This document shows positions 36,164 through 48,333 of a stretch of DNA of 64,000 nucleotides, in pieces (within the stretch, counting starts at the first letter, position 1; each line of letters starts with the position of its first letter). The notes beneath the pieces are model-generated. The model worked only from the letters and a program-made list of their open reading frames with translations, made no database searches and had not been told where the DNA came from. The stretch is from NCBI GenBank assembly GCA_012295275.1, contig CM022665.1, forward strand, positions 37,634,001 to 37,698,000. Direction: 5' to 3'. The translations under genes were made by a program, and so were the position numbers. The stretch is from Chrysomallon squamiferum. Lineage: Eukaryota; Animalia; Mollusca.

Positions 36164-39100
36164 TCAAATTTTTTTCAAAATCAAATTCAGGTCCTAATTT
36201 AAAAAAAAAGAAAAAAATAGAAAAAAAAAAAAAAGAATTATTGTAATTCATTACTATAATAACCATCTTCAAATTAATTTTTTGTGTTATTAATTCATTT
36301 GTTAGTTCTTATTTTGATTACCTTTTTTCCATGATCAAATCCCTGGCTTCTAAAGGCATCCACCATGGCAGCTGGTCTGTAGACACAAATAAATGCTCTG
36401 CGAGGTTTATCAGTGGCATTGCCACGTGTGTAGTGCAGTGTGCGACCAAAGTGTAATGTGCATGAACCAGCAGAAATCTCCGCAGGTATCCCTTCATCCT
36501 GTACAGTTGTAAAATATAATCAGAAATAGTTTAAAATACAGTGTTGGCATCCCTTATCTGAAATTCCAAAATGAAAAAATCTCCACAATCAAAAACTTCT
36601 TTTCTAGCAGCCACGATAACAATAGCTTATAGTTTTCAATGGTTTAATGTACGTGAACTTTATTTTGTGCACAAAATTATTTTTGAATATTGTATAAAAC
36701 TACCCGCAGGCTACATGCATATGTTGTATGTGAAATATCCCAATATCTGAAAAATCCCTAAATCCTTCTCTTTCAGCTACAAGCATTTCTCAGATAAGAT
36801 GTGATCAACCAGTACTAACAGTCACCAAATATTTTCAGTTTAGAAGTTGAATTGATCCTCATCACTAATATGTCAACACATACCTCACTTCCACGACACA
36901 TCCTCACATGGGTTCCTTCCTTAACAGCCCAGTGAGGCTGCAATCCTCGTTTATGTGAACCAGGAACAAACCACATACATCCATTATCCTTGGTGGCATC
37001 ATCCAGTGCAGTCTTAAGAAATAAATATTAATATAAAAGCAAAGATACATACATACACACACACACACACATACATATTATACATATATACATACATATA
37101 TACATACATAATATTTCTTTGTGCTGGAGTACATAGATACATTCATTCAGTACATACATAAAGAATGCAACATACATGCTTACATACATAAATATACATT
37201 TATAAAATATTTCATTTTCTTTTGTAAGTAATTTGTAACAAGTAACAAGAACAATGTTATGGACAGTGGGTCACTGAAATACACGTTTTAGTCTTTGGTG
37301 GATTTCAAACAGTTCATTTAATGATTAATTAATTCTGAAATTATCTTCTCTAGTTTAAATAACCCTTCAGATATTCATACCCAGAAACTTATGGATCTAG
37401 TATCATCCACTTTTGGCCAGTATGATTCATCTTGATGCCAAGGAGTTGGTGTGTCTGTGTGAGGACCCTAAAAATTATTTTTAAAAATTAAATTAAATTA
37501 ACAAATGTTTTTTTTTTTTTTAAATGTGTCAGATGTTTCATTCATCCTTTTGTTAACAATATCATACATTTTACATTTGGATAAAATGGCAAAGTTCTGC
37601 TGTCTTTAATGGCTGTGGAAAACATCAAAGATTATTATTACTTTTTTTTTTTCATTACAAAGAATTATATTACTATTAGTACTATATAGAGATAACAGTA
37701 ATAATTTATTTAAATAGTTATTGACAGACAAAGTAACAACAACAACAAAAATGAATGAAAGAAAAGAACCAACTGACAGACTTTAGAAAAAGAAATGACA
37801 AAATTTACAAAGAAAAAAAAAAATGTGAAATTGACTGTATTAGAGAAAAAAATAAATAAAAATGAGATGAAGTATGATGGAGGAGAGGAAGTGAGACAGT
37901 GAAGAAATATATTGGGAGACTCAGGTAACATGAAGTGAAAGACTAGGAGATAAGGAGTTTGTGTAAAAAAATCGTTTTACACCTGTAACAAAATAAGCAT
38001 AAATAAACATGAACATCAGCTAGTGCTTGTGTGTGTAATCAATCATATAACGAAAATGTTAAGTTTACCTTTGAAATCATCATATCAAAATCAAATGCTG
38101 CATCTTCACCTATCAGTGCTTTGGCAAGAATTTCTGTTCTCTTGTGAAGTGGTCCCTGAAAAAGAGACACTAATACAACAAATGAAAAGTAACATAATAC
38201 ATTACACTAACATTTAACTCTTACAGGGTGCTTCAGTGACACCCTTCTTATGTAACATTCAAAGATCCAGTAAGAAATCTGAAGTCATTAAAACTTGAGA
38301 TTATAACTAGGGTACTGGAATATTAAGCTGACCTCATGGAGAACATTTAATCCAAGGTGGGCATCATTGTTAAGTAAAGCTAATTTATCTTTTTAATGAT
38401 TATCATCACCTTTATGTATAATTTAAAAGTAAAAAAATAAAATTTTTAAATTTTATAGAATTCACAAATAACATTTTTAAATAATAATAAATAAACATTT
38501 TTTTTAATGTGATATTATAAAAAATAAATTTACCTCTGTCAAGTTACTGATATATTCACTTGGCCACATAATCTGACAAATGTTTTCTGTTCCTTTTTGT
38601 TTTGGGAGTTCTGTAATAAATAAATTAATGAAATGTAGATTAATCACAACTCAAAGCACACTCATAGTTTTTATTTATTTATTTAAATATGTTTGTAAAC
38701 AATAAAATTAGCAAATAGTTTCTGGTAATTCAACAAAAATTAAACATTCCTAAACACAGAGCAAAATTAATTTATTAAAATAACTGACATTCAATTTCAA
38801 ATTTATGAAATAATTACCATGGTTTCCAAGATCATGGCGTCGAGAACTTGCATCAATCTGACCACTCAGCATTTTTTTTACAAGATCTATAAACAACAAA
38901 TGAAAATATTTTTAAATAATAAATAAATATTTACAAACTTCTGAAACTGATTTCAGATTGTTAAAAAGAAACTATCTATTTATCTATCTGTCTATATATA
39001 TATATATATATATATATCTAGTAAGAAAAATATAAGAAAAAACAATCTATGAAACACAACAAAGAAATTGGATAATAAAATTACAATAATAAGTATTTAA

Positions 39101-39473
39101 AATAAAATGATTTGATTCAACCATTTGTCTTGATACTTGATTTTCAAATACCTTGGTATATGGCTACTTCTTCTTGGTTTATGATGTTATTCACAATCTA
39201 AATTAAAAATAAAAGGTTATTATTATTATGATTTTTAGTAGTAGTAGTAGTAGCAGCAGTAGTAGTGGTAGCAGCAGCAGCAGGAGTAATGGTAACCATA
39301 ATAATAATCAGTATTTCTTTCTTTGATATTATTTAATACTATTACTGTTAAGATTTGTACTTTATTTAATGAACATTAACTGTTACCATGTATCCATCTT
39401 GGTTGTATTTTGCTCTCCATTCAAGTAAGGGTTTTGATGTTATCCATTGTTCTGGGGTAGGGCCTGGGGCCAT
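36164..39473 (-). CDS. Phytanoyl-CoA dioxygenase (PhyH) family Fe(II)/2-oxoglutarate dioxygenase, PHYHD1-like
   Basis: Coding exons 39473-39387, 39197-39152, 38886-38818, 38610-38534, 38155-38069, 37467-37381, 37012-36884, 36498-36322, and a last exon from 36193 whose frame is uncertain. Has the HxD motif in TPWHQDESYW, WTALDDATKDNGCMWFVPGSHK, and distal His/Arg in TLHYTRGNATDKPRRA. Confidence 0.9.
36539..36812 (+). mobile_element. Tigger4/Zombi-like MITE (274 bp) with TA TSD, in a PhyH-gene intron
   Basis: TA|CAGTGTTGGCATCCCTTATCTGAAA...GCATTTCTCAGATAAGATGTGATCAACCAG|TA. The internal TGCACAAAATTATTTTTGAATATTGTATAAAACTACC resembles recalled Tigger4b/MER46C consensus. Confidence 0.75.
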
Positions 39474-40022
39474 TTAATAGGAGGATATTTATCTACAAAA
39501 TAACATTCAGTATATCTATTATAATCAATAATTGTAATATTAATTATTGTACATCAGACAGGCTATGTAACAGTTAATCAGTTTTTTGCAAATAACATAG
39601 TTATAAAGTTTAGACTGTTCTTGTTTCCTTCTGACATGTCCAGATGTTCTCAGAATCTTCCAGCTCTTATAATAAGCCTAATTTAACTGCAGCAATCTGT
39701 GAAAAGGTAACCAAGACAGTAAAATTTATATTGTCTTCTTTTATTTTTATTTAATTATATTCTTTGAAATGTCTCAACCACCAGTTTATGACCATTTTTG
39801 TGTGGTCAGTTGAATGGCCATTATGCACACATTCAACAGTTTTCCATGAGTCTCAAGCAAATCTGTTTTAGGCACTGCACAGAATAATTAGATAATAAAG
39901 AAAAAGAAATTGTATCGGCCATATGTCAATTACATAAAGTAACTTAGTAAGATAAAATAACTTGCTTTGTCCAGTACGATTTTTATTAATACTTTTGAGC
40001 TTTTGATAGTTGTTAACTGATA

Positions 40023-40057
<35 letters not shown>

Positions 40058-40339
40058 TCTCTGTTATGTTTATAACTAAATAAATAAAATAAAATCATTT
40101 CTTCAGTCATAAACATTAGTAACCTAATAAAAAAAAAATACATTTTCAAAATATGCAAGAAAAAACAAAACAGTAACAACTACTGTAGTTACTAATTAAT
40201 AAGTTTATTTGTGCCACTTGTTTTACTAGTCATTCTCAAATTTTTTAATATATTATATTCTTCTCTGCCACAGGCACTGTGACATGGCACATTAAGTGTA
40301 AACCTTTCACCCCATAATTAACTGGTTCAAACATTCGTG

Positions 40340-41300
40340 CATTTTCGGTGGACATCGTTTGCAATCGCAATGGCTATTATTCCGAAGCGTGATAAAATCA
40401 ATAAAATAAATTATTAACAATTCAGGAGAACGTACGTATTTTATTTTGGTGTAATTATTATTAATTTCTGCATAGAAAGTTTAATAATTCCGTTAAATAC
40501 TTACCGATTGTTGTCATGATAATTAACTGGGGTTTTTACTTTAAGGGGTGGGGGTTACAAATTAGTAACACAAATGTTCTGGTTATTACCGAAGGTTTTG
40601 ATTATCGGGTAGGTAAGTCTGTCAGAAAGTGTGCCCGTCGTAAACGTGCTTCACAACAGCTAGCTGTGATTAGCACGTTAATTTTTTTTCATTCATTCAT
40701 TCATTCATCGGGTAGATAACTCTATTAATAAATACCGACGAACTTGTCGTTGTCAAAGTTAAAATATTAAGCTATTAATGTTTCATAAAGAATAACTGAT
40801 AAAACTCAAAATGACTACAAAATATTGTATTTAATATAGTATTGTTACGTATATATTAAAATTCTTTAGCTTCCATACGCTGCCTTTGTGTTTGATGGGA
40901 ATGCCTGGTTTATATGAATGGGCAAGGTTTTCTTTACAATAAAAAAATGCGTCTTGTCTATTGAATGCTGTTTATTTTATTTCACATATATAAATTAACA
41001 CACTACTAAAGCTGGTCTTCGTAACATGAATAAATTGTTTAGCAGCAAATAAGCGTACATATGGCAATATAAATAGGCCTAAATGCTGTTAGGAAATTCT
41101 TTATCTTTCCAAATTTGTATTTAATTATTTTGAGCGACTTACCGTCACTCATGACAAAGTATAAAAATACATTAATGCTGTTACAAAACACCAGAACGCC
41201 ACATAATTACCCCTTTTCATATGGATAATTACGTCATCACGTACTTAATAGAAGAGCAAATCGGTACGCAGTGACATCACGACAGTAGAGAAATGACGGC
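40340..41300. promoter_or_regulatory. Shared or overlapping promoter region of the two oxygenase genes, with non-coding first exons
   Basis: CpG-retaining interval. Minus-strand GTAAGT donors (ACTTAC at 40499-40504 and 41137-41142). Plus-strand donor AG|GTAAGT at 40612/40613. CRE-like TTACGTCA and TGACATCA near 41230-41280. Confidence 0.55.
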
Positions 41301-41334
41301 CTTATTCTTGTTATACCATAACTGCCCCTACTGT

Positions 41335-41366
<32 letters not shown>

Positions 41367-41569
41367 AAAAAATAATAAATAATAGTTATGATGGGGACAG
41401 TGGTGGTGATGGTGGTGGCAGTAATAGTAATTGTAAAAAAATATTTAAGCAAAGTTATGTTTGAAATATAAATAGAAAAAAGTAGTATTTTTTGGTTTGT
41501 TTATTTGTTTACTTATTTATTCACAGGCTGAAGATATAAAGCATTGTTTAGTAAAACACAGCAGATAAA

Positions 41570-42484
41570 ATGTACTTGGAGGAGTTAAAAAAAGCTGATA
41601 ATGAGCCTGGTGATAATGGAGCACCACCTACAGTTCCATCATGGTTGGACAGGGACAAATTCAACAGGGGTCGTCAGTTCTTCTTTGACAATGCATTTAG
41701 CTGCACCATAGCTATGCTGATGTCTGTCATAATCGGTCTCAGTGTAAACAACCTTCTGATTCCACTTGTTTTCACAGGGCAGTCAGACACTAGTCGAAAG
41801 TTTCTTAAACGATACTTTCACTCCACTCTGAAATATGTGCACCTGTGGCATTTTGGTGATGTCTGGGATTATCCAAATGGTAAGGCACACATTTCTGTCA
41901 TGACTGTTAGGAAAATGCATCAGAAAGTTGCAGAAGACATGAATAAGAGTGCACTGAAGAAGAAACCTGATGGAAAAGGTGTTTTTATTTCCCAGTATGA
42001 CATGGCTTTAGTACAGAGTGGCTTCATGGGAATGTTAATTATGTATCCTGAGATATTAGGAGTGGAGAAAAATGTGTCGCAGTTAGATGACTATGTTTAC
42101 TTCTGGAGAGGCATTGGATACTTGCTAGGTGTGTCAGATAAAAACAATATTTGCAATGGTGGCTACAGCAAGGCTTATATGATCAGCAAGGAAATTGAAA
42201 ATGAACTTATCATACCAGCTTTGAAAGATCCACCAGAACATTTTTATAAAATGCTGAATGCTTACGTTGATGGGGTACAACTCATTACCAGGGTTCGGAT
42301 CATTACATTAGAGGTAATTGTATTGTTTACTTATAAAAGTAATGCCAAAAATATCCTGAAGACGGAAGTTGGAATTATTGACAAAATGCGATGTTATTTT
42401 TTGTCTTTTTTATTTATGTTAGTTAGATTCTGTGCTCCTTTCAGAAGAAAGCTAAACAAACTTGTTAGGAAAAAAGAACACTGA
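41570..42484 (+). CDS. ER-bound oxygenase MpaB/MpaB'/rubber oxygenase (Lcp) catalytic-domain protein (DUF2236), single coding exon, 304 aa
   Basis: Intact ORF after acceptor TCACAG (41526). Family-like motifs: PSWLDRDKFNRGRQFF, LVFTGQSDT..KRY..T, SVMTVRKMH (conserved R..H), ISQYDMALVQSGFMG, YVYFWRGIGYLLGVSDKNNIC. Hydrophobic C-terminal segment. Confidence 0.85.
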   Translation: MYLEELKKADNEPGDNGAPPTVPSWLDRDKFNRGRQFFFDNAFSCTIAMLMSVIIGLSVNNLLIPLVFTGQSDTSRKFLKRYFHSTLKYVHLWHFGDVWDYPNGKAHISVMTVRKMHQKVAEDMNKSALKKKPDGKGVFISQYDMALVQSGFMGMLIMYPEILGVEKNVSQLDDYVYFWRGIGYLLGVSDKNNICNGGYSKAYMISKEIENELIIPALKDPPEHFYKMLNAYVDGVQLITRVRIITLEVIVLFTYKSNAKNILKTEVGIIDKMRCYFLSFLFMLVRFCAPFRRKLNKLVRKKEH

Positions 42485-43899
42485 TGACATAAGATCTCCA
42501 ACCTTGTTCATTTTGCTGTAGAAAAGATTCAGTAGTATAACGAGGCTAGAACTCAGGATATTTCCAGTGATTCCAGAACCCCTTCACTTCATCCTTTTTT
42601 TCACTTAACAAATCAAGACTCCAAAATCAAATCAATATGTCAGCTAGCTTTGAACAAGTTCCTGCAGGAGAAATGGCTCTTGTTACCTTACAGAATGCAA
42701 GTCTTTGGTAGACTTTGAAATCATATATTATATCAGTAACTAAAGACTGTTTAGCTCTTCTCAGTATTCAGAGAGAAACTAATATTAACTTTGAGGCAAT
42801 GAAGACTTTTTTTTTAGAGTACAATATACAGATGACCAAAACATTTCATACAAAATGTTTAAAGCATCCAGTTATGTTCAGTAACATATTGTTCTTTGGA
42901 TCTCACAAACAAACAGCAGCTCTGTTGTGTACAAGCTAATTAATTATCATTAATTAACGGCTACGAGTAAATGCATAATGAAAGTTACAAAATCGAATTT
43001 TCTCTCCCTTCTTTCTGTCATTTAGTGTGTATATATACATGTGTTTCAATAGGAAGTGATACTGATGTAGTTGTAAGTTATTAAAGAGGATTAGAAAGGT
43101 CATAACAGTTTTCACCTTTTATTTGTGTATTTATTTTTGTACTTGCATTAACAACTAAATATTAAACCAAAAAAGAGAATTGCATATGAGGAAAGAAGCC
43201 ACAAATGTATACTGCATATACTAGAATTCCCTGGACTAATCCAAGATCCCAACTCTACTTCCCATCCAGCACATAATAATGTATTTTCAGAATCATTTTA
43301 AACTGTAAAATAAATGTTTATTTATTATTACATGTACTTTCATTTCTCAGTTTAACTTTTCTGCCCAGTAAAAGCAGTAGAAATGTAACAGTGCAGGCAT
43401 GCTCTATTTTCATTTTTCAAATCCAGCAGATGTATATAATCTAACAACTGTCAAAAATAGTGACAGTGAAACAAAATAGACTATTTTTTGTTCTTCTTTC
43501 TTTGTAGTTGTAGTAGGAGTAGTGGTTGTAGTTGTTCAGACAGTAATAGTTGTGGTAGTCATACTGACTTACATCTCTAATAAAAATGTAGGGAACTTTT
43601 TGCATGTTCAGTATTTTAAATAAAACATTAGAAAATAAATCGGCAAATACTTGGAATCTTATTTATATATTATTTTGTGTATCTGCTCTGTGAAATGCGA
43701 ATTTGAGACAATCCAGTTTATTTTTCAGAATGAAAAAAGCAAACATTTTTGTAATGATAGGTGTTAAGGATTCAGTTTTGTGATTGGTTAAATCCAAAAT
43801 ATGAAACCAACTACTACACTGAACAATTTGTCATAGACAGTAAGGCAATTTCTTTTAATTGATTTCAGCTGGAATATAACAGAAACAATCTATCAAATC

Positions 43900-44015
43900 A
43901 AACAGATACAGCTGCACATGAAGAACTAAATATAAATACAGACATATATGGATAAATAAATATAAATGCAGATGAACATGGACAAACAAATATAAATACA
44001 GATAAACAAATATAG
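43900..44015. repeat. Degenerate 30-bp minisatellite, about 3.5 copies
   Basis: AAATATAAATACAGACATATATGGATAAAT / AAATATAAATGCAGATGAACATGGACAAAC / AAATATAAATACAGATAAAC. Confidence 0.7.
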
Positions 44016-44329
44016 AAAAATATACACATTCTGAGGTACATGGACAAATATAATAAAGTGCCTCTAACAACCTGGGTACTCACATTTTTGGGGTAAACAT
44101 CTGTTTTGAATGTTCAGTTTATTTTTCAATAAGTATTATAGTAGGTGATATTTTAACTATTATTTACCCACCCAATTATATTATTACATATACCTATTTC
44201 TAAAAATTAGAGGTTAAAAGTGAAAAGAAATAATTAAAAATGAATACGTAAAATATGTAAAGCACTATATTTTTTATTTTACATAATGTTATAAAAATAT
44301 AAAAAATTACATTTCTTTTTTAACATGTA

Positions 44330-44685
44330 TATTTGTATATGTTAATAAATAAAAATATCTTTAAATATAAATGTATATCTTTTTAACAGTACAATTTTAT
44401 TTTATTTTTTCTTGTAAAAAGAATGATAATTATGGTGACTTTTCAAACCATTGTGCTTTTGCTTGCTGGAAGAATCTGTTTCTTTTTGGAGATATGTTAT
44501 TTACATCTGTATATTTTAATAATTAAAAACTTCTTTAAATATAAATATATGTCTTTTTAACAGTACAATTTGGGTTTTTTCTTCTTGTAAAAAGAATGAT
44601 AATTATGGTGACTTTTCAAACCATCGTCCTTTCTCTGGCTGGAAGAATCTGTTTTTCTTTGGAGATATGTTATTTACATTTATAT
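44330..44685. repeat. Tandem duplication, ~174-bp unit x2, overlapping the stop codon of the minus-strand gene
   Basis: TTTTAACAGTACAATTT...CTTGTAAAAAGAATGATAATTATGGTGACTTTTCAAACCAT...CTGGAAGAATCTGTTT...GGAGATATGTTATTTACAT occurs twice, 174 bp apart. Confidence 0.9.
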
Positions 44686-45755
44686 TTAAATTGCAACTGC
44701 TAATCGACCGACCGCTGTTTTGTGCAGCATAAAATGAATTTTTTGGAAGACCTAGAAAATGAATTTAAAAAAATATAAAAATAATAGAATTATAATTAAA
44801 AATGATGATGTATTGAAATGAATGCATATTTTGTTTAACAGAGATATCATTTGTATGCTTCTTCTCACTGACACACCACAGTTATGTTATACCAAAAGTG
44901 GAGAGTAGGCTGGAATAGAAAATATCAGTGAGTGAATTTAGGTTTAATATGAAATCAGCAAATGACTAATTGTTTTTTAATGCTTCAACACATAATAAAT
45001 GACAACAGTTCTGTATTGATATGGTTTTTGTATAATAATAACACAAGAAGGGAAATCTGCTGCCATTAGTCTGCAGATTCTAATCACTGGTAACAAGGTA
45101 TGCTGAATAATGTTCCTTCCCATAGACAGGACTGCATATACAATGTTTTAATAAATCAATCATCATGTGCTGGTTGTAACAGGAAATGTCAGTGTCATTG
45201 TCCTATGCTGCAACATAATGACTAAATCATGCCAACTTTATTGCTGTGTTAATAAGATAAAGATAAATATTAGACAGAGTTGTAAATAAGGGTGAGGGGC
45301 AGATTTTATACATATAAAATGACTACATACTTCCCTGATTACTATAAGTGCAGTCCAAAGTTTTGCTTTCCTGCTTGTCCATTTTAGATGCAGAATCTGA
45401 CAGGGAGACCACTCTCTTCAATAACATGTTGTTATCATCAGTCTAAAATTCATAATGAAAAACTTGTCACATTCAAGTATAACTCCAAAATTCAAATTAT
45501 TAAAATTTATTTATTTCATTTTCTCAAGTTTACCATGTGGTTTGGGTGATTTTAAATCTTTGATTTCTGTGAACTGAAGAGGACAGTTTTCTTTCTTACA
45601 AAATAAACAAACTTAGTATATCATTAGGCTTTCTAAGGGCATCTTACACATGATTTTATAAAATATATCTTTATTTATATTTACTTTAAAATCACAAGAA
45701 GTTAACTGAAAAGATGGGATTATCCCTGAATAAAGAAAAATCAATTAATTACTTA

Positions 45756-45830
<75 letters not shown>

Positions 45831-48209
45831 CATTCTGATGATGACAATGATAATAATGAAATAAAGAAAGCAAAGTGTCCACCTTATACTCATGGAAGAC
45901 ATACTGCTTTTCATTTTTTTTCAGACTGGTCTCAACAAGCTCTTCAACATTGACATCTTTAAAATAAGCAACACACTTGTTGAGCATTGGTGCACTGTCA
46001 CTGTAAAAGTATTTATAAAGTATTAATTACAACTGTATGTAATGCTTATAAAACACTTAAATACATATGCACTGAAGCTGACATATACATGAACACAGAC
46101 ATGTTTCATGCACACATTAATACTCTGATTCTCTTACGTAGCTAGACATGCTCTCAGCATACTGATTTAATACCCTTCAATATATACTATTATTAAACAG
46201 TTATTAAATGCCAAGCATATGCTTTGAAATGATGATGAGACAAGAAAGAAAAATTGTTGCATCCTGCCTAAGAGATTTTTTCACAAAGAGAAAAACACAT
46301 TGCACATAGCCTTTGAAGAGCTAGTCATGTGACAGCAACTGTTACAGGAAATAAGGTACACATATTGTTTAAAAACACACATGCACAAATCAATCATGAA
46401 TTCACAACAGAAAAATAAAACATAAAGTAATTTTAAAAGTTTCTGAATAATAATAATAATAATAATAATCTTAATAATATTTTCAAGTATACATATCCAT
46501 CTTTATACAAATCAAGTAAAAGAATGTTAACCTGCTAACATCAATCGCTGTCTTGGTCATTCTCACAATTGCATCTTCCAGCGCCCTGATCAAACAGGCC
46601 AGTTTCTTTTCTTCATTTTCCAGCCATTCCCATCTGAGACCTTCCATTTCCTGCTCCACAAATTATAACATTATACCATTATGCTTACTTTTGATATGTT
46701 AAATTCAGTAATGTTAAAGCCCAGAAGCCTGATATGTAAAAAGAAATTAAATTTATTTATTTACTTTAACTATGTAACTTATGACCATGGTATTCGATAT
46801 ATAAGAAAAGAAAATTATTATTATTATTACTATTATTAATTTGTTTACTGAACAGTTTCAAGTTAATATTATATAATTATCATTTTATGTGGAGAGAAAT
46901 CCCATTGTTCGAGAGAATGTAATTATTTATTTGAACTTGCATCTTTGAATTCTTCTCTCTTTTGTGACTCTTTAATGTTGAGGGTCTGATATTTGGAGGT
47001 AGCCACGTCCATTCGACTATTTGCTTGATTAATTACAGATCGGTTAATCTTCACCATTGCTTCATCTTCTTTCTCCCTTTGTAACTTCTCTAAACTCGCA
47101 TAATATATTCGAAATGATTTCTCATATTTCTTCAAAAACAAATGAAAAAAAAAAGCATTTATAAGAAGTAAAAATAAATAAATGAAACAAATAAAAAAGA
47201 ATTATAAGAAAAATAAATAAATATTGCTGGATATACATACATACGTGTGTGTATATGAAGAGTATTGTAAGTTAATAACTGTGTATATAGACACAAAATT
47301 AAATGCCTACATTTGACATTTTAATATATGTTTATGGATTTTGTAACTTACATTTATGTTTGTGCATTAATTTTGTTTATATTTTATACAGCCTATTTAA
47401 AGAAAGAAAATAACACACACACACACACACAAACAGATGAAAACATTATGCACAGACACATCTATTACACACTGTATTTATTACCCTTCTTTCTAACTCT
47501 AATTTTTCTTCCATTTCTTTTTGATGTTTTGTGCATTTTTGGCGCTTTTTTTCAATTTCTTTTTCTTTGGCATCAGTAATCCTGTTAAGATAATATGCAA
47601 AACAGAATGAATCTTACGTACAAACAAATTTCACTTTAAACTCTTCCAAAACACACAGACACGCACAGAGTGCCTCTACTGGATCCAAGTCTGAAATATT
47701 TTGATGTAATTCTTCAGTCACAATATGTTAGCCTTTTATTTTTCAATGTTTTATACATCCAAGTATATATATATATATACATTTGTGTGTATGCATGGGT
47801 ATGGGTGTGTCTGGTGATGCATTAACAGATTATATTTAATAATGACAACAACAACTGCTATTATTATTATTATTATTATACATGTATTGTAAAACCAATA
47901 ATAAAATAATAATTTAAAAAAAACAACATTTATATTGTTTATAAATCTGATTAGAATTGACAAAAATGTATTTATCTGTATTTTACAAATTTCTCCTTAC
48001 TTGTTGTATTCATGGAAGGGATTATCTGTAGCAGTGTAGTCTTGCCAACATGACGTTACCATTTCAGCAACGCTGTCCAAAGATCTGCAGAAGTTTGCAA
48101 TACCACCAATTAAAAAGGAGTCTAGATTACCTGTGCCATATAAAAATAAATGCAGTATTAAATATTTCTTGCCTTTTTATACTATTAATGTGTTAGGTCT
48201 CAAAATATA

Positions 48210-48265
<56 letters not shown>

Positions 48266-48302
48266 ATATATATATTGAGTTGTTAATGCTCATTTATTTC
48301 AT

Positions 48303-48333
<31 letters not shown>

